Positions 1 through 14,452 of a DNA stretch of 64,000 nt are shown here, in pieces. Every line of letters starts with the position of its first letter. The stretch's first letter is position 1. The notes under the pieces are model-generated. The model was not told the origin of the DNA, did no database searches, and saw nothing but the letters and a program-made list of their open reading frames with translations. This DNA comes from Octopus bimaculoides (taxonomy: Eukaryota). The stretch spans positions 12,472,774 to 12,536,773 of the forward strand of contig NC_069001.1 of the NCBI RefSeq assembly GCF_001194135.2, written 5' to 3'. The translations under genes were made by a program, and so were the position numbers.

Positions 1-181
1 ATATATATATATATATATATCCCGTTACTGTACTCTACTCAACTGACGCTTTGTTCTGAAGAATATGTATATTGTTTTATAACGCCGGACCATTAGCATT
101 GCTATATCTAAGCAAAATTGTGAATAACACACACACACGTTTGTATAATGCGTATACGTTTATATATAAATATAAATACAC

Positions 182-213
<32 letters not shown>

Positions 214-218
<5 letters not shown>

Positions 219-375
219 TGAAATTTATAGAAAAACAAAAGACCAAGACACGTGTATGAACAACAAAGTAGTGTATCAATTTGACGCTCAGGAAAAATGA
301 AAAAGTCTTTAAATCTTTTGCGCTTCGAACCTACGCTCTTCAGCAGAAAGGAATGACGAAATAAACAGAGTAAAC
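214..375 (-). mobile_element. Short dispersed element with degenerate hammerhead-like core (possible Penelope-like/retrozyme-like non-autonomous element)
   Basis: Begins directly after a (TA)n run. Minus strand of 321-343 reads CTGAAGA-GCGTAGGTTC-GAAGCG (hammerhead core CUGANGA...GAAAC with one mismatch). Similar in sequence to the element at ~45310-45445. Confidence 0.4.
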
Positions 376-1149
376 TTTGGGATCAAATTGTTCAACTAAT
401 TCAATCAATGCAAGTACACCAGCATGGCCGCACAGTCTAATGACTACAATGAACTACAGATTAAAAGATAATTATATATATATATATACACATATATATA
501 TGAAGGAGCCTTGGATCTATTTTAGAAACAAGCTCTTTCTCTATGGACCAGAAATCTTGAAATAAAACTGAACAATGTCATTCATACATACATACATGCA
601 TGCATACATACATACATACCGACACTAACATTCCAGCAATAAAATTCAGTTCACAAAGTAATATCTTTTACCAGGAAGTGAGGTCGAAGCGACATCGCAT
701 ACACCTGGAAGGTTTCAATCCAACAAGTTACTTAACCACATCGCCATCCCTGTGACCACATAAATCAGATCTTATGTTGACATAACACTTGATAAATGTA
801 ATTCTATATCCACAAGTAAATAACTAAAATATAAGATTACAAATAAAACATCGCAGAGCAGAGAAACTAGAGAAGTTAGCTGTCGTACTTGAGTTTTTAC
901 TAGATCCGTATATTTAGTTAAGCAATGACCATTTTGACGTGTTAACGGGGGAATTGCAACTTCGCAATGGACGTCTCAAATTTTATAGCCGTTAACAGTG
1001 GCTTCTTTTTTTTCTTTTTTTCCTTTCATTTATTTTCTTGCGTGTGATTTTGTTAGATTTTTCGTGTATATATTTTTATATTTTTCTGTCTTTTCTTTTG
1101 GTGGATTTGATATTTGCTTTGTAGATTTATGCTAAGGAATAATTTATTT

Positions 1150-1330
1150 GTTGAAGCCCTTCGTCTGTTGTTGACTGGTTTTATTGCTTTTTGCTGTTTA
1201 TTGTCGTTGCTTTCGTCGCTTTCGTTGCCAATGTCCTTGTTATTTTTGTTGTTATTATTGTTAAGCTTGTTGTTTTTGTTGTTGTTGTGCTTCGTCGTCG
1301 TCGTTGTCGTCGTGTTTATCGTAGCTTTCG
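1150..1330. repeat. Degenerate (TTG)n/(TCG)n trinucleotide low-complexity tract
   Basis: Visible runs of gtt/ttg/cgt; accounts for the Leu/Val-rich ORFs at 1114 and 1191. Confidence 0.85.
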
Positions 1331-2722
1331 TGATTGTAGTTATTTAATGTTCCGTGTCAAGTCTATTTACCGTTCGTTTATTTTCCGATGATATTCAAAC
1401 CTACCTCTGAATAGTTTGATGTGGTTGCGTTCAAGATACTGAAATTTCCATTTTCACTCTATTTCTCATTCACTACGACCCATTTCCATTCAATCCACAT
1501 CTTTTACTTCCTTCTAACTCTAACTCTTTCGATACCTCGATTTTATCAAGTGTTTATTATTATGTACGTGCACCTATTTCATTCCTAGATATATATTATA
1601 TGAACGTATGCATACAAACTTACGTAAACATGAATCTGTGTGTGCGTGCGTGTGGGTGTGTATAAAAAAATATTTAATTCATAATCACTTTATTTTATTC
1701 ACACACATAACTATCTTCGAGGTCTTTATTCTAATTGACTGGCCATAGTTTCCTTTGAACTTGTCGACTCATGGAACATGTGTGTGTGTATGTATATATG
1801 TATGTATGTGTGTGCGTTTGTGTGCATTGATCTATGTATATAGATATATAGATAAATAGATAGATAAATATATATATATAAGTATACATGTATATACGTA
1901 TATACATATGTGTATGTGCGTGTGCGTACATGTTTGTTTGTGTGTGCGTGTATGAATGTGTGTATATGTGTGTATATGTGTGTTGTTTGTACGTGTGAGC
2001 GGATTTATAATCTTACCTTCTTATTTATTTGTAAATAGATATAAAATATCTGGATTTGCCAAGCAGAATAGTAGCGCGATGCTCATCTTATGCTTTCTGC
2101 GTATTTGCGTAGCTATGGAGTCAATCTTTACATATATGAAAAATAGTCATTTTACATCTTGTACAATGAGGCTTTACATCTTGAGATATCAAGCGGTATA
2201 AAAATTCTACATAGGTGCAACTGTCACGTACGCCTAAGTTTACTTTTTTGTTTCCTTGTAACTCAGGACACACAAAGAAACCAAATAACAAATTCATTAG
2301 CCCGTCTCCTCCCTGATCACACACGTATTTTACCCAAATATTTCGTTTCCTTGTTGGAACGAATTGAATTATCAGCTACCTATCCAGAGTATATATGTAT
2401 CCCACCGCATGATCTCAGGATATATGTACCCTACAGCAATCTTATGTTGTTTGGTGGCATAAATATCTGCATGGAATCATGTACGTGTATGTACTTCTTA
2501 CTCTCACCTTCTCTGAATATATAAACGCGCACGCACACACACACACGCATATCTATATACATGCATGCATGAATGTAAGCATGTATTTTCATATACATTT
2601 ACATGTATACACATATGTCTATGTATCATATATATATATATATATATTAATATATATGTATATATATATATATGCATGTATATACATGTATATGCTCATC
2701 TGTGTACTTAGATACATAGACA

Positions 2723-2723
2723 T

Positions 2724-2783
<60 letters not shown>
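2723..2783. repeat. (GATA)n microsatellite
   Basis: Uninterrupted gata units. Confidence 0.95.
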
Positions 2784-2784
<1 letters not shown>

Positions 2785-3063
2785 GACATAAAATTCCGCT
2801 TCGCAAGTGAAATATATGTTTCACTTCACATTTATTTCGACAATGCATACACTTGTACGAACTTGTGAGCAGAAATTGAAGCCCTATAATCTACTGATTT
2901 TATAATAAATTTCACTATAACTTTTGCTTTCAAGAAAGCCTGACATTTTAAATGGCAATTCAAGATATAGCGATAAGTGAAAAGTTAACTGTTCTGCTTT
3001 TCTACGCATACATTATGCGGTAAATGTAAGGACTATTCCAACCGATTGCTCATATATATACGA

Positions 3064-3328
3064 AACGAAATGTTAGCGCCAAGCAGTGTTCAGGCATAAG
3101 CAAAATTTAAGTTACTTACCTTGGTACATCTCATTGACAAGTGCCAAAAAAATTTAAACATCGACACTTAACAAACCGGGTGTTTTCACACCTTTTTGCT
3201 ATGAGAGCTATTTTCTCCATTGCAACCGCGGTGGATTTGCTTTTTAGCAGTTAAAACATTTCACAAACATATTCTAATAAACTTAAATCTTGCTTTTGGT
3301 TAAACAATGTTTCGCGCTAACATTTCGT
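3064..3328. mobile_element. MITE-like foldback with ~55-bp imperfect terminal inverted repeats
   Basis: Left aacgaaatgttagcgccaagcagtgtt...ataagcaaaatttaagtt pairs with right aacttaaatcttgctttt...aacaatgtttcgcgctaacatttcgtt. Confidence 0.5.
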
Positions 3329-3387
3329 TATTTTCCGCGATCGGGCGATTTACCAGCGCAAACCAGTCACCGGTGTTGATTGAATTT

Positions 3388-3419
<32 letters not shown>

Positions 3420-3424
3420 GAAAG

Positions 3425-3632
3425 GGCTTTAAAAATTTGACAGAAGGCCAACAATTTAGGAGAAGAGTTAAGTTATTGCATCGACCCCTGTGCTATCTTT
3501 TTATTTCAAACACTCCAAAAGGTTGAAATAAAAATTCAGCGTCAGCGTAACTTGAACTCAGATCGTAAAGATGGACAAAACGCCGCGAATCATTTTGCCC
3601 GCTGCAGTAACGATTCTACCAGCACGTCGCTT
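3425..3632 (-). mobile_element. tRNA-derived SINE, family A (decayed)
   Basis: Reverse complement resembles the family A head (ggcggcgagctggcagaatcgttagcacg...gagttcaa) seen at 9740, 14453 and 18731. Confidence 0.7.
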
Positions 3633-3789
3633 CTATGCATATATACATATAGATATAGATGTGTGTGTGTGTGTGTGTGTACATGTCTATGTATGTATGC
3701 ATTTATGTATATAGATATATGTCTATATATATATATATATATATACCATCATTTACTTACTTATATATATATATACCCTCCAATCTTTG

Positions 3790-4020
3790 AAAGTGCATGG
3801 CTTAGTGGGGAGAGTGTTACACTAACGATTGCGAGATCTTGGTTTCGATTCCCAGACTGGGCATTGCGTTGGGTTCCTAAGTAATTTCATGTCACTCTGC
3901 GTGATTTCGTCATCGGACATGTGGCATACGGTGCACTAGTACCACTGATGTCGATTTGATGGGAGGAAAAATTGCCGAGCCCTCATACGTCGTCTAACGA
4001 CGTGATGAGAGTCCGTGATA
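3790..4020 (+). mobile_element. tRNA-derived SINE, family C
   Basis: Head tgcatggcttagtggggagagtg...ggtttcgattcccagactgg with A-box and B-box-like motifs; related heads at 41808 and 62181. Confidence 0.65.
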
Positions 4021-4269
4021 TATACCCTTCATATACACACTCGAGAGAGCAGATATGTCAGCTTTCAAAATTATTTGCCTCAAGACTTGTTGCAGAGGGA
4101 CTTCTGACTCTCAAATAGCGAAAGAGAAGTTAAATGTATAAACAATTGTTTTGTATTGTTTCGTATAACTGGTATTGCTTCGGCTTAAAATAAAAACTAC
4201 TATATACATTTCTGCACACGCTCGCTCGGGCACACACATATGCATACATATGTACACACAACCACGCAC

Positions 4270-4303
<34 letters not shown>

Positions 4304-4413
4304 GCACACATACACATACGCACACACACACACATTAATATACATATGAAGGTAGCTTGGTATTAAGAAAGACAGGTACATAAAGAGATGAAAAGATACT
4401 GCATGTATATATA

Positions 4414-4463
<50 letters not shown>

Positions 4464-4978
4464 ATGAATGCTTATATAAAAAGTATATAAATATAAATCT
4501 ATAAATATATCTAAGCATGAACATATATATGTATAGTAATAATATGCGTATATACATACATACATACATATCTATATGTCACGTTTATACGAACTCATAT
4601 ATCTCAATATCGCATTATATGAGATAGAGTAAGAACATATATGTTTGTGTATAGATTTACCTATCAAAATCCTATTCTTCCTACACAAAAGAATGATACC
4701 TGTCAGTTATAAAAACTCATGATCAATCAAATCCTATCTCTGCACTTTACGCATGCGCAATCCGCACTCCATTAGATATCATAAACCGACAAAATAATAA
4801 ATCTGGTTCTCTGATCTCAGTTACCCTCCGTTCTAAAAATGTTTATGCTTATGTGTAACATGACTGGATGAAAACAATCTCCTACATACAGTGCCACTAT
4901 TGCACAATGTAGATTTTCTGAATTTTCTGATTTATTCATACCCAGGCATACGTATACGCAGACACCAATTATACATAA

Positions 4979-5054
<76 letters not shown>

Positions 5055-5228
5055 ACGTGTATGTTTGTGTGTGTGCATGCGTGTGTGCGTATATATACAT
5101 GCGTGTGTACATACACATATAAATGTATATATTTGTATATATACACACAGATACATACATCATGCATACATACAAATATATATATATATATGTGTGTATG
5201 TATACATATCTATACATCTTCGCATGTC

Positions 5229-5272
<44 letters not shown>

Positions 5273-5312
5273 TTATCTGTCTCTGTCCGTGTCTAGAACT
5301 CTGTATATATGT

Positions 5313-5349
<37 letters not shown>

Positions 5350-6889
5350 CATAAATACATACACATAGACATATATACAAACATACCTACACACATATAC
5401 AAACATATATTTATGTGTATGTTTTTTTATGTATATATAAACTTACAAATATATATGCGTGTGTATTTTTGTTAGTTTTTATCCAAGTTTTTCTCTCTTA
5501 ATAAGATTATGCTTATTTTCTGTACCTAAAGTTCTATATTTTTTGTAAATATATGTTGAGCGAAGTTCTTTTGTGACAAACTGAATGTCTTTCTCTGTTA
5601 GGGGTAGAGAGAATGGGAGAGGGGACAAAGACAGGAGAAAAGCGATAGAGAGAAAAATGAAGCTATTTCGTAAACGAAATAGACAAATGAGGCTATTTCA
5701 TAAGCGAAATACAGAAAGATATAGGTAGATAACGAAAGAGAAGTAGAATGCTGGATTGTTAATCTGTTTGTAGTTTTAGTTTGAATTTGTGCGGCATGGA
5801 GTGAAGCAGCCCATAGCTATTTAACGGAGAAGAAATAATTAGATGAGTGGAAATTTTACGAAACGTCATTTTCAGATGCAATGACGCTTCGTGCTTTAGT
5901 ATTCAATTGCACGATGTAAAGTGGCTCTGTTGGTAATATATTTTTGTTTATGTCCCATTCAAAACTTTGCCTTCTCATCGTTTATGTGGGTGTTTTCTAT
6001 TTTCATGAATTGCATAGAGGTGTTACATCTAAAAGCATCGTGAAAATCGACAGACGGCAGCATGTGTTTCCCCCAAATGTTTTTTTAATGATCTTGGGAA
6101 CGTACCTGCAATCCTTTGTAATCAATGAAATTATTCTAAAGAAAGCTTCTTGGTTGCCATATTGAGATGAGATCTTTTATTTGCTTTCACAATTATTAAC
6201 CACGTAGTCTCTAACCTCTGTACTGCGAAGAAGTAGACACGAGACCTAAGATTCCTAGCCTGCGCATAATCACCTCCCGCTTCAATTGCCGACTGTATGA
6301 TGATGCATTCAGTACATGTCGCTGCCGCATATACATTAGTTTACTAGTAAGCTAAAGGTACACCGCGGGACTGTAATATATCTTTAGAGGTTCTAACAAT
6401 TTTTTGGTGTTTGTCTGCAGAAGCAGAAGAAAATCGATTGAGATCGCAAGATCAAGACTGAAATGTCATGAGCTGTGTTACGTCGTAAACTAGGACGCTA
6501 GTGTCGGTTGTTAGAAGATCCTGTTTGTAAATCAGTGCGAATTTTAATAGGTTCTCGAACATTAGTGTCCAGAAAATAGGTGGTGTATCTGCATGATGAT
6601 CGCAGTGATGTGTACGGGTATAATTCAACATGGGTGGGGGAGGGAGTGTAGTGTCGGGGGAATAGTGAGAGAGGAGCATTGTGTTTTGGTATAGATTTAT
6701 GAGTGATGCGTGGTGAGTGATTGGGATTAGGGTATTGTAGTGTGGAGTGAAATAGAGGTGTATGGAGGAAAAAATGAAGTGGACTGACAAACAGACACAC
6801 TGATTGCTTTTGTCTTCCGCATTCTGACAACCACAATCACACTGACATATACCCTACACTAGACAGGTGTTCATTTGCATAAAACTACC

Positions 6890-7290
6890 GTCACGACTAT
6901 GACCACCACTACCACCACCACCACTACTATTATCAACTCAACCCGTACAAGTATCATATACCGACATCACTGTTACCACCATTATCATTATCATCACTAA
7001 CATCATAACGACCATTATCACCACCAGCACCACCGACCATTATCACCACCACCAATATTAGAACCAGCATCACCACCACCAGTACCAATATTACCACCAC
7101 CAACATGAATACCACTATTACAGTCACCACCACCAGCTTCAACATCAATTCCACTATTATCACCACCAGGACCACCACCATTGACACTGCTATTACCACT
7201 ACTACCAACACCATCAAAACCACTGTTAACATCGTTACCACTGTTACAGCCGTAACTACAACCACCACCACCACCACCACCACTATCCCA
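6890..7290. repeat. Degenerate (ACC)n/(ATC)n trinucleotide tract
   Basis: Runs of accaccacc/atcatc; explains poly-Thr, poly-Val and poly-Gly ORFs at 6954, 7018 and 7105. Confidence 0.9.
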
Positions 7291-7539
7291 ATGCCATTCC
7301 TGTTGTGCTTTCATTCTTACACAGAACTGTTAAACGCTAATCCAAATGTAATTGGTTCTCTGCAAAACAATAATGTAATTGCAGAAAGTAATTTCGGAAA
7401 AAGTTTTCCTAATTACGTCAACAGTTCTTAATGAAGTTTTGTAATGACATTGGGACCCTTGTGAGACAAATCAAATTAATTAGGTGAGAGGAAAAGTTCT
7501 CTTTTCAAATATCTACACATCACCAAATCTACAGAGACT

Positions 7540-8230
<691 letters not shown>

Positions 8231-8518
8231 ATATGTATGTATATATACATATAATATTGCATGTGCGTGTGCGTGTATATGCATTCACATATACATGTGC
8301 ATACTTATGTATCAAAAAGCATGTAAGTCCTCATGCATTACATCTATAACAACGCTATGGTATAGGTGCACGCCACATGAAACAAACCCTCACACATGTG
8401 CACATATACACATGTGTATATTAATATACATTAATTTGCATATATAGACTTATTCCTATATATGTAGAAACATATTTTTATATACATATATACTTGCATA
8501 CATACATACATACATCAA

Positions 8519-8559
<41 letters not shown>

Positions 8560-8569
8560 NNNNNNNNNN

Positions 8570-8609
<40 letters not shown>

Positions 8610-9339
8610 ACATACATACAGACATTCAGACAGGCAGCCATACATACACACAGAAGGAAACAACCATCTCTTTTGGCCATATTGCGCACTTAGGCCTATG
8701 TTAATTATGTAAGTAAACGCATTTCAAAAAGCAATTTTCTAATTGTGTATTTTGTATATTTATATAAAATTAAGACACGTTCACAATTCAATTTTACTTG
8801 CAGTTTACTTTACTTAAACTTTTAATTCACTGTTCATTATTTCTCACTCAAACTTGGCTATTAATATCTAATCTATATTGCTTCACACTTTACAGTGAAA
8901 CTTTCCAAACTAGAAATACATTTTTAACACCTTTGTTACTCTATACATTTATCTGATATATGAATAGATAGGCATAGTTGTGGGATTCAGAATTTCACTC
9001 TGAAATTACTTTAGCTTCGAATTTAGTGGCACCATGAGCGCGGAAAGTGTACTGCGACTGAGAACCAAATCATATCTTGATGTGAGAAATTGGTGGACGC
9101 GAAAACATAGGTCATTTTCTTACAGCCGAAAACATTTGACAAATTCTTCCTCAGTTTCAGCTACCATTCATCAGAGAGTCTGCGGAACAATAACATGGCA
9201 CTCTACGTAGCAGCTTAAGAGTTTTTTTTTTTTTAATCTTTGGCTTTTATAAAAGAATTTTTCCTCCACCTTTTGTCATTCGTGTATCATTCTTACCAAA
9301 TTGTTTTGAACCTATGATCTCACTTGTATATAGTGTGTG

Positions 9340-9408
9340 TGAGTGAGTGAGTGAGTGAGTGAGTGAGTGAGTGAGTGAGTGAGTGAGTGAGTGAGTGAGT
9401 GAGTGAGA
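9340..9408. repeat. (GAGT)n microsatellite; a similar tract lies at ~33333-33400
   Basis: Repeated gtga/gagt units. Confidence 0.95.
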
Positions 9409-9739
9409 GAGAGAGTGTGTGTTTGTATGTGTTTGTGTGTGCGTTGGGGGTTATCATCTACGATGTGAAAACAGTGAGTGTTTTCTTATTTCTCCGTCAG
9501 GCAAAAGACGCGGGTACAACTACCACCAGACTTATATTTCATTTGTCTTAGTACATTTAACGGATGAACTTCAATACGATCGCAGAATATTTTCATGTGC
9601 ACGAGTATGAGTGCGTGTGTAGGTACCTTTCTTTTGTGTGTGGTACGGGCATGTGTTTGTCTTCGTTGTCTATTTGGAAACGTGTGAAGTTTTCTCCAGC
9701 GTATCCGTTCTATAGAGGCTCGGCAACATAACAGGATAC

Positions 9740-9955
9740 GGGCGGCGAGCTGGCAGAATCGTTAGCACGCTGGGCGAAATGCTTAGCGGTATTTCGTCTG
9801 CCGTTACGTTTTGAGTTCAAGTTTCACCGAGGTTGACTTCGCCTTTCATCCTTTTGGGGTCGATTGAATAAGTACCAGACGTAAATTCAATATGGCGGTC
9901 GGTTCGATCGAGTAAAACCCTTTAAACTCGTGCTCCTGCATGGCAGCTGTCCCAT
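9740..9955 (+). mobile_element. tRNA-derived SINE, family A
   Basis: ggcggcgagctggcagaatcgttagcacgctgggcgaaatgcttagcgg...gagttcaag...gcctttcatccttttggggtcgattgaataagtaccag; A and B boxes present; multi-copy in window. Confidence 0.85.
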
Positions 9956-10029
9956 TTCATAGTTGTGAGGAAATAATAGAACAGAAAATTATAAGCATAT
10001 GTCAGCACCCATTAGTCGGGTACCCTTAC

Positions 10030-10400
10030 TATACCTAAGACTCAGCTTGCCAGCACTTTCCAGTTCCGTCTGTGTTATGATGCCTTCATACAATCAACAA
10101 AGCACGACTCCAACCCATTTCTTGACGGTTAATTACTCTCTTCTCCTCAACAACTCATGTGAGGATGCTCTTAGTCAGTAAATTATGGGGCAGTGTATGT
10201 TCAACAGTTGATTCCTTTGTAGACTTGCTTCTCAATATTAAGTGTTTTTGGATTTTTCAGCTGCAAACTTGTTATCGTCTCTTTCCAGCCTATCCTGCCC
10301 AATCTACAAAAGATTCATATCTCCTAAGCATCTGTTTCCTTCTCTGTTGCTCTGTACATTGTCCAACTATCAGCTTCGTACAAGATGCATTATTATGTCT
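10030..10400 (-). mobile_element. RTE-clade LINE, 3' fragment (decayed reverse-transcriptase C-terminus)
   Basis: Minus-strand translation with stops: CILYEADSWTMYRATEKETDA*EI*IFCRLGRIGWKE..., then LTKSILT*VVEEKR... and DCMKAS*HRRNWKVLAS. This matches the RTE pattern LYGCESWT...RISW...IL.G.VEG.R...DR..W. Confidence 0.75.
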
Positions 10401-10854
10401 TTTGAGCTGTAGATTTATTTCATTCTTATAAATGCTATCGGCATATTAATAAGCCGATAGAAATAAATAACATGTGACTATATTGCTTCTGTGTAGAAAG
10501 TCATTTTAACAGACCACACTCCAAGCCATAATTCGTAATTTTCAATATTAAAGCGCGTTTTAAACTCTCAAATATACTTATAGTAACAACAGCAGCAGCA
10601 ACAGCCGTAAAGGTGAGAGGAAAAATAATATTAATATAATAAGGAAAATTCATGTATGTAAATATATAAATATGATTGCTAAAATGCCTACCAGACCAAC
10701 AAATATTTAATTAAAACAATTTATCTCAGACGTTGGTCTTCGATTATTTTATATTTTCTGTTCTGCGACTGGCTTGTTTCAACTTAATGTTTTATAGACG
10801 AGTTGGCTTTTCAGAAAATAAGCAAGAGACATAAGAACACACACACACACACAC

Positions 10855-10900
<46 letters not shown>

Positions 10901-11659
10901 AATGCATATAACTTTTACACATATCCATACGTCCGTATATATATATTCTGTTCGGACAAGAAATTTATTCGTTCGCCCCAATTACAATATTGCTATTCGT
11001 TTTCTTGGCACTAGTGCATTTTTTCAAAGCAAGCATAGAACTCAACACAATAGACAAATGGATGGCCATATCTGGAAAATGAATTGTATTTAGTTTTAAT
11101 GTTGCTCACACATACATACATTTATAATCTTTTACATTACAAAATGATATGACATCTTGACGTACCTAGATGTGGTACGAGAGAAAGAGACTTCTACGTT
11201 CAGTCAAAAATGGAATATTTTGCAATGTCTGTAAACCCATTGGATATACATATATATACAAGATGAAAGCTAAACAGCTTTTATTTTGTGGTTAGTCTAT
11301 ATTCTCTTATGTCTGTTTTAGCATTGTGTAGTAATACCAAAATTTCATCTATTATATATTACCTAGATCACTGTAGGTCACTATTTAGGTTGTTTCCGTT
11401 ATATACAATAGATTTTTCCGGGGTTTTTTGGTTTGTTATCTGTAGTAATTCACTGAGATTTTGTGTACAAGCAGCGAGAACACACAAGGAATTATTGTAT
11501 TGCCTTTCTAACAGTTGAAGTCGTGTTGTTTGCGACATTCATATTCTTAAATCAAATTTGCAAGTCCCATTCTCTTATTACAATGTTTGAAAAAAGCCTG
11601 CCGATTTTCGGCTAGCTAGGCTATTGAAAATAGAATTTTAAATCTCTCATTGCATATTA

Positions 11660-11870
11660 GTGCTTTTGTGAAGTTGGGTGTCGTTATGATTGGGACAATG
11701 TAAAGCCCACGATCACAAGATCATGGTTTCAATTTTCAGATCGGATGAGTAAATCGATTCATTTCACGTTTTTCTAGTCCAGACTTTCGTTTCCATTCAT
11801 TACAGATGTGACTTCGGTCCCTTATCCACTATAGAAATCGAATAACTGGCACTTAGATTCCCATGAACCG
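11660..11870 (+). mobile_element. Highly decayed tRNA-derived SINE, family C-like
   Basis: cacgatcacaagatcatggtttcaattttcaga...catttcacgtttttctagtcca resembles the family C head and body at 41808. Confidence 0.4.
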
Positions 11871-12486
11871 AGACAACAATGTCCAAACTCACTTAATTTA
11901 AATTTCTTTCATACTTAAGGTCTTTGTGCTGTTTTATAAAACGATATTCCTGTCATTTTATTGTCGTTTGATAGCTGTTTAGGACAAGTTTATACAATTG
12001 TGCTAATTAATTTAGTACGATATCGTATATTACTAACAATGTGTAAATTTATTCTGCAGTTATTATTTACTGAATTCATATCAGAGATTTTAAATATCGC
12101 TTGTTTATATTGTTATTTTCATTGACAGAATGCCTGACGTGTTGATTGCGTTGAATTTCTACGTGTATAATTCGTTGGCTTCGTCTGGGAATTTATTTCT
12201 GTAAATATTGTTGATCAGTATTTGTCTAACTGGAAAGGTTTCTTTATCTTGAGCTATATGTGTGGAGGAGAAGCTAACTGCTTTAGTAAGTTAATACTTT
12301 TATCATACAAATACATTATGTGTGTGGAGAAACATGACAGGCATTGATAGTGGATTTGGAAGTCAAACTAAAAATGAAAAAAAAATAAAAAATAAAAACT
12401 AACAGACAGAATAACTCTTGCTGAAAATATGTGTGAATATTGAAAGCAAATCTTTAGGTAAAATTCTTCTCGATATATATATTTCT

Positions 12487-12521
<35 letters not shown>

Positions 12522-12761
12522 NNNNNNNNNNNNNNNNNNNNNNNNNNNNNNNNNNNNNNNNNNNNNNNNNNNNTGTATATATACACATATACGTGTGTGT
12601 GTATGTATATATACATTAATATATGTGAATATATATATATATATATATATATACACGTATGTATATATGTATATATACATTAATATATATGAATATATAT
12701 ATATATATATATATACACGTATGTATATATATATATATACATATATATACACACACGTATG

Positions 12762-12797
<36 letters not shown>

Positions 12798-13063
12798 TAT
12801 ATACATACACACGAATACATTTACACATACATAGATATGTATATCATTGGAAATAAAAAAAAATGAAATTTTAATTATAGTTATGCACATACACTTATCT
12901 ATACATGTATGTATGTATTAATGTATCTCTCTCTATATGTGCGTATGTTCATACATACATATATAGATAGACAGATGGATAGATAGATAGATAGATAGAT
13001 ATCTACATACATACATATGAATAACCATACACACAGACAAACACGCACACACTCAAACGCGCA

Positions 13064-13111
<48 letters not shown>

Positions 13112-14452
13112 GGTGTGTATACATATGTATATACACTTCACAAGACCAAGATCGACATTTCAGTGCATCAGTTCTATCACTGCTATGTGCAGGTGCAAAA
13201 TATAATTGCTTAACTCTGCACTACCCGCTTAAATTTAGTTGAGCTCATCTTCTGAGTTACTCGCACCTCCCCTACCATTTTTATTACCACCACCAGCACA
13301 ACCACCACCTCCAAAACCAATACTGTTAACAATACTATTTTCAGTGCTATTGTTTTCGTGATTCATATATTTCCGGGGTTTTATTTATTTTTGTTACTTT
13401 TCTTCTCTTCTTCTGCTTACGTTTACGGAATTTTCGTTTAATATTTATGTGTAGGAAATGGTGCGATGGTTTCTTTTGTTTTTGTATTGTTTTATTGTTA
13501 TTATGATTTTTGCAGCTTTTCTTTTTGTTTGTAGGTTAGCCACATTAGTGTAGTAGACTCCGCTCACTTTACTATTTCGGTAAAAGAATGATAATTCGAA
13601 CTTCCTTTGTTTATATCTATGGTAGAAGAAGAAGAAGAAGAAGAAGAAGAAGAAGAAGCAGCAGCATTATAATAATGACGATTAGAATAAAATACTACCC
13701 AAAACAAAATGTCTGCTCTAGTTATATTATTCTCAATGTTTCTTTTCAATCTCTTTTTATGAACGTTTCCATGTTCACATTCGTAACATTATTTCCTATT
13801 TAATTTAGTTTAGTATTCAATTTTTTTCCCCCCAAAACAATATGGTTACTTCTTCGAAAATCGCTTGTTTAGAAGTATGTAACTATTTTCAACAGAATTA
13901 AAATATTTCAGGGTGTTACATATTGTGTATTTTTAGTTTTACTATTTGTAATATTCTGCGAATATTATTATTATTGGTGTGGTTGTTTTGTTGATGTTTT
14001 TCTTGGTTTTGTTATTGTTCTTGTCTTTGTTGAGGATGATGGTGCTGTTATTATTCATATTCACACAGCAGATTAGACTGTGGGAAAGAAAATTCCTAAC
14101 ATCGAGTTCCAACGATTAACCTCAGAAGTAAAATCACCCTCCTAAATATCCTAGCTCTTTTTAATAACATTGTTTTCTCTGAGCTGTACCCTACTTCCTC
14201 CTCTTTACTCTATTATCTGCTGATGCTGTATTAGTATAACAACTGTTATCAGTCTGCAACTTTACCGAACGAATGCCGGGCGAGAACCCCTTCCCTTAAA
14301 GGCCCAACAACATTTTTGCTGTTATACCAGAGGTTCGACGTAAACTCTTCTCTCATAAACTGAGATAAGGTAACGGTCGTCAGGATCATCACCACTTATT
14401 ATTATTATTATTATTATTATTGTTATTATTGTTATTATTATTATTATTATTA

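Noticed and set aside
6421-6600. Acceptor-like ttgtctgcag followed by unique sequence
   Set aside because: All three frames stop within ~25 codons and there is no convincing donor; at most a non-coding exon.
6954-7431. Thr-, Val- and Gly-rich ORFs resembling mucin or glycine-rich proteins
   Set aside because: All frames are explained by a degenerate (ACC)n tract; similar tracts occur at ~31200-31670, ~39260-39500 and ~55100-55450.
9740-9830. tRNA genes at SINE heads
   Set aside because: A and B boxes are present but no cloverleaf or acceptor stem could be folded, and each head continues into a shared SINE body.
14325-14395. Possible fifth hammerhead on the minus strand (CTGACGA...GAACC)
   Set aside because: GAAA is broken, helix I does not pair and helix II is irregular.
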